DNA of 64,000 bases from an uncultured Acidobacteriota bacterium (GTDB lineage: Bacteria > Acidobacteriota > UBA6911), in assembly GCA_963809485.1 (NCBI GenBank), contig CAWEJX010000015.1, forward strand, positions 96,001 to 160,000, given 5' to 3'. The notes beneath the pieces are model-generated. The model was not told the origin of the DNA, searched no databases, and saw only the letters and a list, made by a program, of their open reading frames with translations. The position numbers and the translations under genes are program-made. This document shows, piece after piece, positions 61,956 to 64,000 of the stretch (position 1 is its first letter; each line of letters starts with the position of its first letter).

Positions 61956-62049
61956 CTGACCTATCTACCCCCGGTTAGCTGCACAGTTTCATAAGTTGTA
62001 TGGACCGGTAATTCATGCACGTGCAAAACGGGGTATCTTCCTCTTCAAG

Positions 62050-63174
62050 CTAGGTGCTCACTGGACTGATTTTGGTTGCAGGGAGCCTTGAGTCGTGGAC
62101 CAACAGCACTATCAGCGCGACCAATGCCGCGAGCAAAATGCCGCCGTAGCGAAGCAATTGAAAAATGTATGGTATGGATGAAAAAAGAAATAGGCTGACG
62201 TAAGTTGTCGGCCTTCGGCCATGCTTAAAAGCAAAGAGCAGAATCGGCAAAAGCAAAAGGCAATCATAGACGTAGCTATGGGAGGTTAGCAGGATGCCCC
62301 CGAGGGCTGCAAATCCATATGAAATTTCAAAATCCGGATGCTTCACTATCCCATAAAGAATTAAAGCAAGAGTCAGTGCAGCAGCATATGCTTCAAGCCC
62401 GGTATTCTGGAAAATACTGTAGATATTGGGCATGGTCCCCATGCCGAGTGACATGTAAGAGCTGCGAATAATATTGTAGTATTCTTTTGGCCATCCAAAC
62501 CCTGCAACAAGAGTGCTGCCGGCTATCCAAAGGGCAACGCCAGATGCAGCGCCACCGAACATTTGCCACCTCTTGTGACGAATGAGCGCGAAGGGAACGA
62601 GAAAAAACAAATGGAACTTGATCAAGCAGGCTGAAAGTGCCAGTCCGGCGAGCCAATGCCGGCCTCTTCTGGCCAATAACAGGCTGGCAGTAAAAAAGAA
62701 AAGGACCAGCGTCACGTCCTGCCCCCTGCCGAGTGCGTGCATCAGTGGAAAAAACAAAAGCATTACAGCCACAATGAGCCTATTCCTCGTCATGAGCAAG
62801 ATCGACCATATGGCAGCCCCCAGGCTCAGGATTTGAAAGAGAAGGTATGCCGTGCGATAGGGCATCCAAGTAAATGGGCGCAGCAGCGCGGCATAGACCG
62901 GAGGCCGGGTGTAATATATTCCGATTGGATGCCACCCCACCGTTCGTTTATGAAATTCCTCGTTTCCCTGAAACGAATACAATTGGTTCGTTCCAACAAG
63001 CGAAGCTCCGGTATAGAGCACGAGGAAATCCTCATGCCCGCGGCCGAATCCGGCCCAATCCATTGAAATACTCCAGAAACACATAGCGGAGAACAAGCCC
63101 ATCAGAATGATCAGGTAGATCAGATAGGTCGAATAATCCGCCGTTTTCCACAGTTTTCCGTCCGGGATATCCAT
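62050..63174 (-). CDS. GT87/DUF2029-like glycosyltransferase
   Basis: DFLVLYTGA, YTRPPVYA, GQDV, LIKFHL, HSYVYDCLLL. Confidence 0.8.
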   Translation of the reverse strand: MDIPDGKLWKTADYSTYLIYLIILMGLFSAMCFWSISMDWAGFGRGHEDFLVLYTGASLVGTNQLYSFQGNEEFHKRTVGWHPIGIYYTRPPVYAALLRPFTWMPYRTAYLLFQILSLGAAIWSILLMTRNRLIVAVMLLFFPLMHALGRGQDVTLVLFFFTASLLLARRGRHWLAGLALSACLIKFHLFFLVPFALIRHKRWQMFGGAASGVALWIAGSTLVAGFGWPKEYYNIIRSSYMSLGMGTMPNIYSIFQNTGLEAYAAALTLALILYGIVKHPDFEISYGFAALGGILLTSHSYVYDCLLLLPILLFAFKHGRRPTTYVSLFLFSSIPYIFQLLRYGGILLAALVALIVLLVHDSRLPATKISPVST

Positions 63175-63459
63175 CTTTATCTTTTTTACGAGGCCTTATT
63201 ACACCTGCGTGTAAATTATTAGTATCGAAATTGATCGGGCCATTGACGGAATACGGTTCCACGCACATCTTACCTGTGAAACGGATGAGACGGAAGCGAG
63301 ATCTGCAAGCAGCCTGACTCCCCTCTTGTACGGCCGGGGGCTGATAGCGTTTGAAAACGTTCAGATACAGTCCCATGTCTGAAACAAGATCCGAAAATGC
63401 GTAACCCTGTCCGGGATCCGGTTCTTGACGCAATGGGGAGAGAACGCTAATCTTCGTCC

Positions 63460-64000
63460 GTGAAACACAGATGGCATTTTTTCCTCATACTCTCCGTAAT
63501 AGCCCTGGTCTTTCGATTCGTGCTGAGCATGTCATGGGTCGAAGTTGCGGATACGGCCAACTATCGCACAGTAGCAGAGACCCTGGCCGCTGGAGGTCAC
63601 CTGTACAGAGACACTCCGGGGATCTATCCATATCCCCCGGTTTGGGCTGTTTTCGAACGCGTTGCACTTTACCTGTCACAGAACAGTCCGCTTCCGTTCC
63701 GCCTTTGGATCGAAATTCCCGGGATGCTTGGGGATCTCGGCATTGCGTTGCTTCTTTTTAAAATCGGGAAGTCCTCTCTTTTGTTCGCCTCGCTTTATCT
63801 TTTCAATCCCATTTCGATCGCGATATCCTCGATGCATGGCCAGTTCGATTCGATACCGGTTTTTTTTCTGCTGCTTGCGTGCTTTATCTTTCAGGATCTC
63901 GGCCGTCCCTTCATCGCAATGACCAGCCTCGCAGCCGGAATAGCCCTGAAGTCCTTTCCGGTATTGATGCTTCCCTTTTTCCTCATTCGGATCCGGACTG
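63460..64000 (+). CDS. GT-C-like (GT87/PIG-M-like) glycosyltransferase, runs off the window edge
   Basis: My translation from GTG 63460 is open to the end: ADTANY...HLYRDT..YPYPP...GDLGI...FNPISI..SSMHGQFDSI...ALKSFP; absent from the ORF track because it has no stop. Confidence 0.8.
   Translation, partial: MKHRWHFFLILSVIALVFRFVLSMSWVEVADTANYRTVAETLAAGGHLYRDTPGIYPYPPVWAVFERVALYLSQNSPLPFRLWIEIPGMLGDLGIALLLFKIGKSSLLFASLYLFNPISIAISSMHGQFDSIPVFFLLLACFIFQDLGRPFIAMTSLAAGIALKSFPVLMLPFFLIRIRT

Overview
Bacterial chromosomal window, probably from an Acidobacteriota-like lineage (inferred from gene content, not proven), with two distinct halves. The GC-rich first half (1-31.3 kb) carries a RodZ-like gene, dnaK-dnaJ-hspR, galK, tRNA-Ala(CGC), tRNA-Val(CAC), one intact and one degenerate Ser/Thr kinase, an ExeA-like ATPase, a fused 2-oxoacid dehydrogenase E1, a large NAD-glutamate dehydrogenase, elbB, a complete IS1380-family element and a MATE pump. 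Its intergenic DNA holds several short-period or palindromic repeat families: 7/8-, 9- and 10-bp units, REP-like hairpins and a MITE-like unit. The second half (31.3-64 kb) is visibly more AT-rich and is a cell-surface glycan island. It has a CDP-3,6-dideoxyhexose pathway (rfbFGH) extended by an SDR enzyme, a NeuB-SAF-cupin fusion, a ThDP-dependent YerE/ALS-like enzyme and a radical SAM enzyme. It also has two polyprenol-phosphate-type GT2s, glf and about ten GT-C-like polytopic membrane proteins, plus a vapBC pair, an AAA ATPase, a two-component system and a group II intron RT remnant. Many genes between 30 and 57 kb are frameshifted, most likely by sequencing indels. The best candidates for undescribed biology are the unusual-sugar pathway coupled to the GT-C array and the co-oriented ~90-bp TCAGCG intergenic element. 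All calls come from motif recognition by eye; no searches were run.
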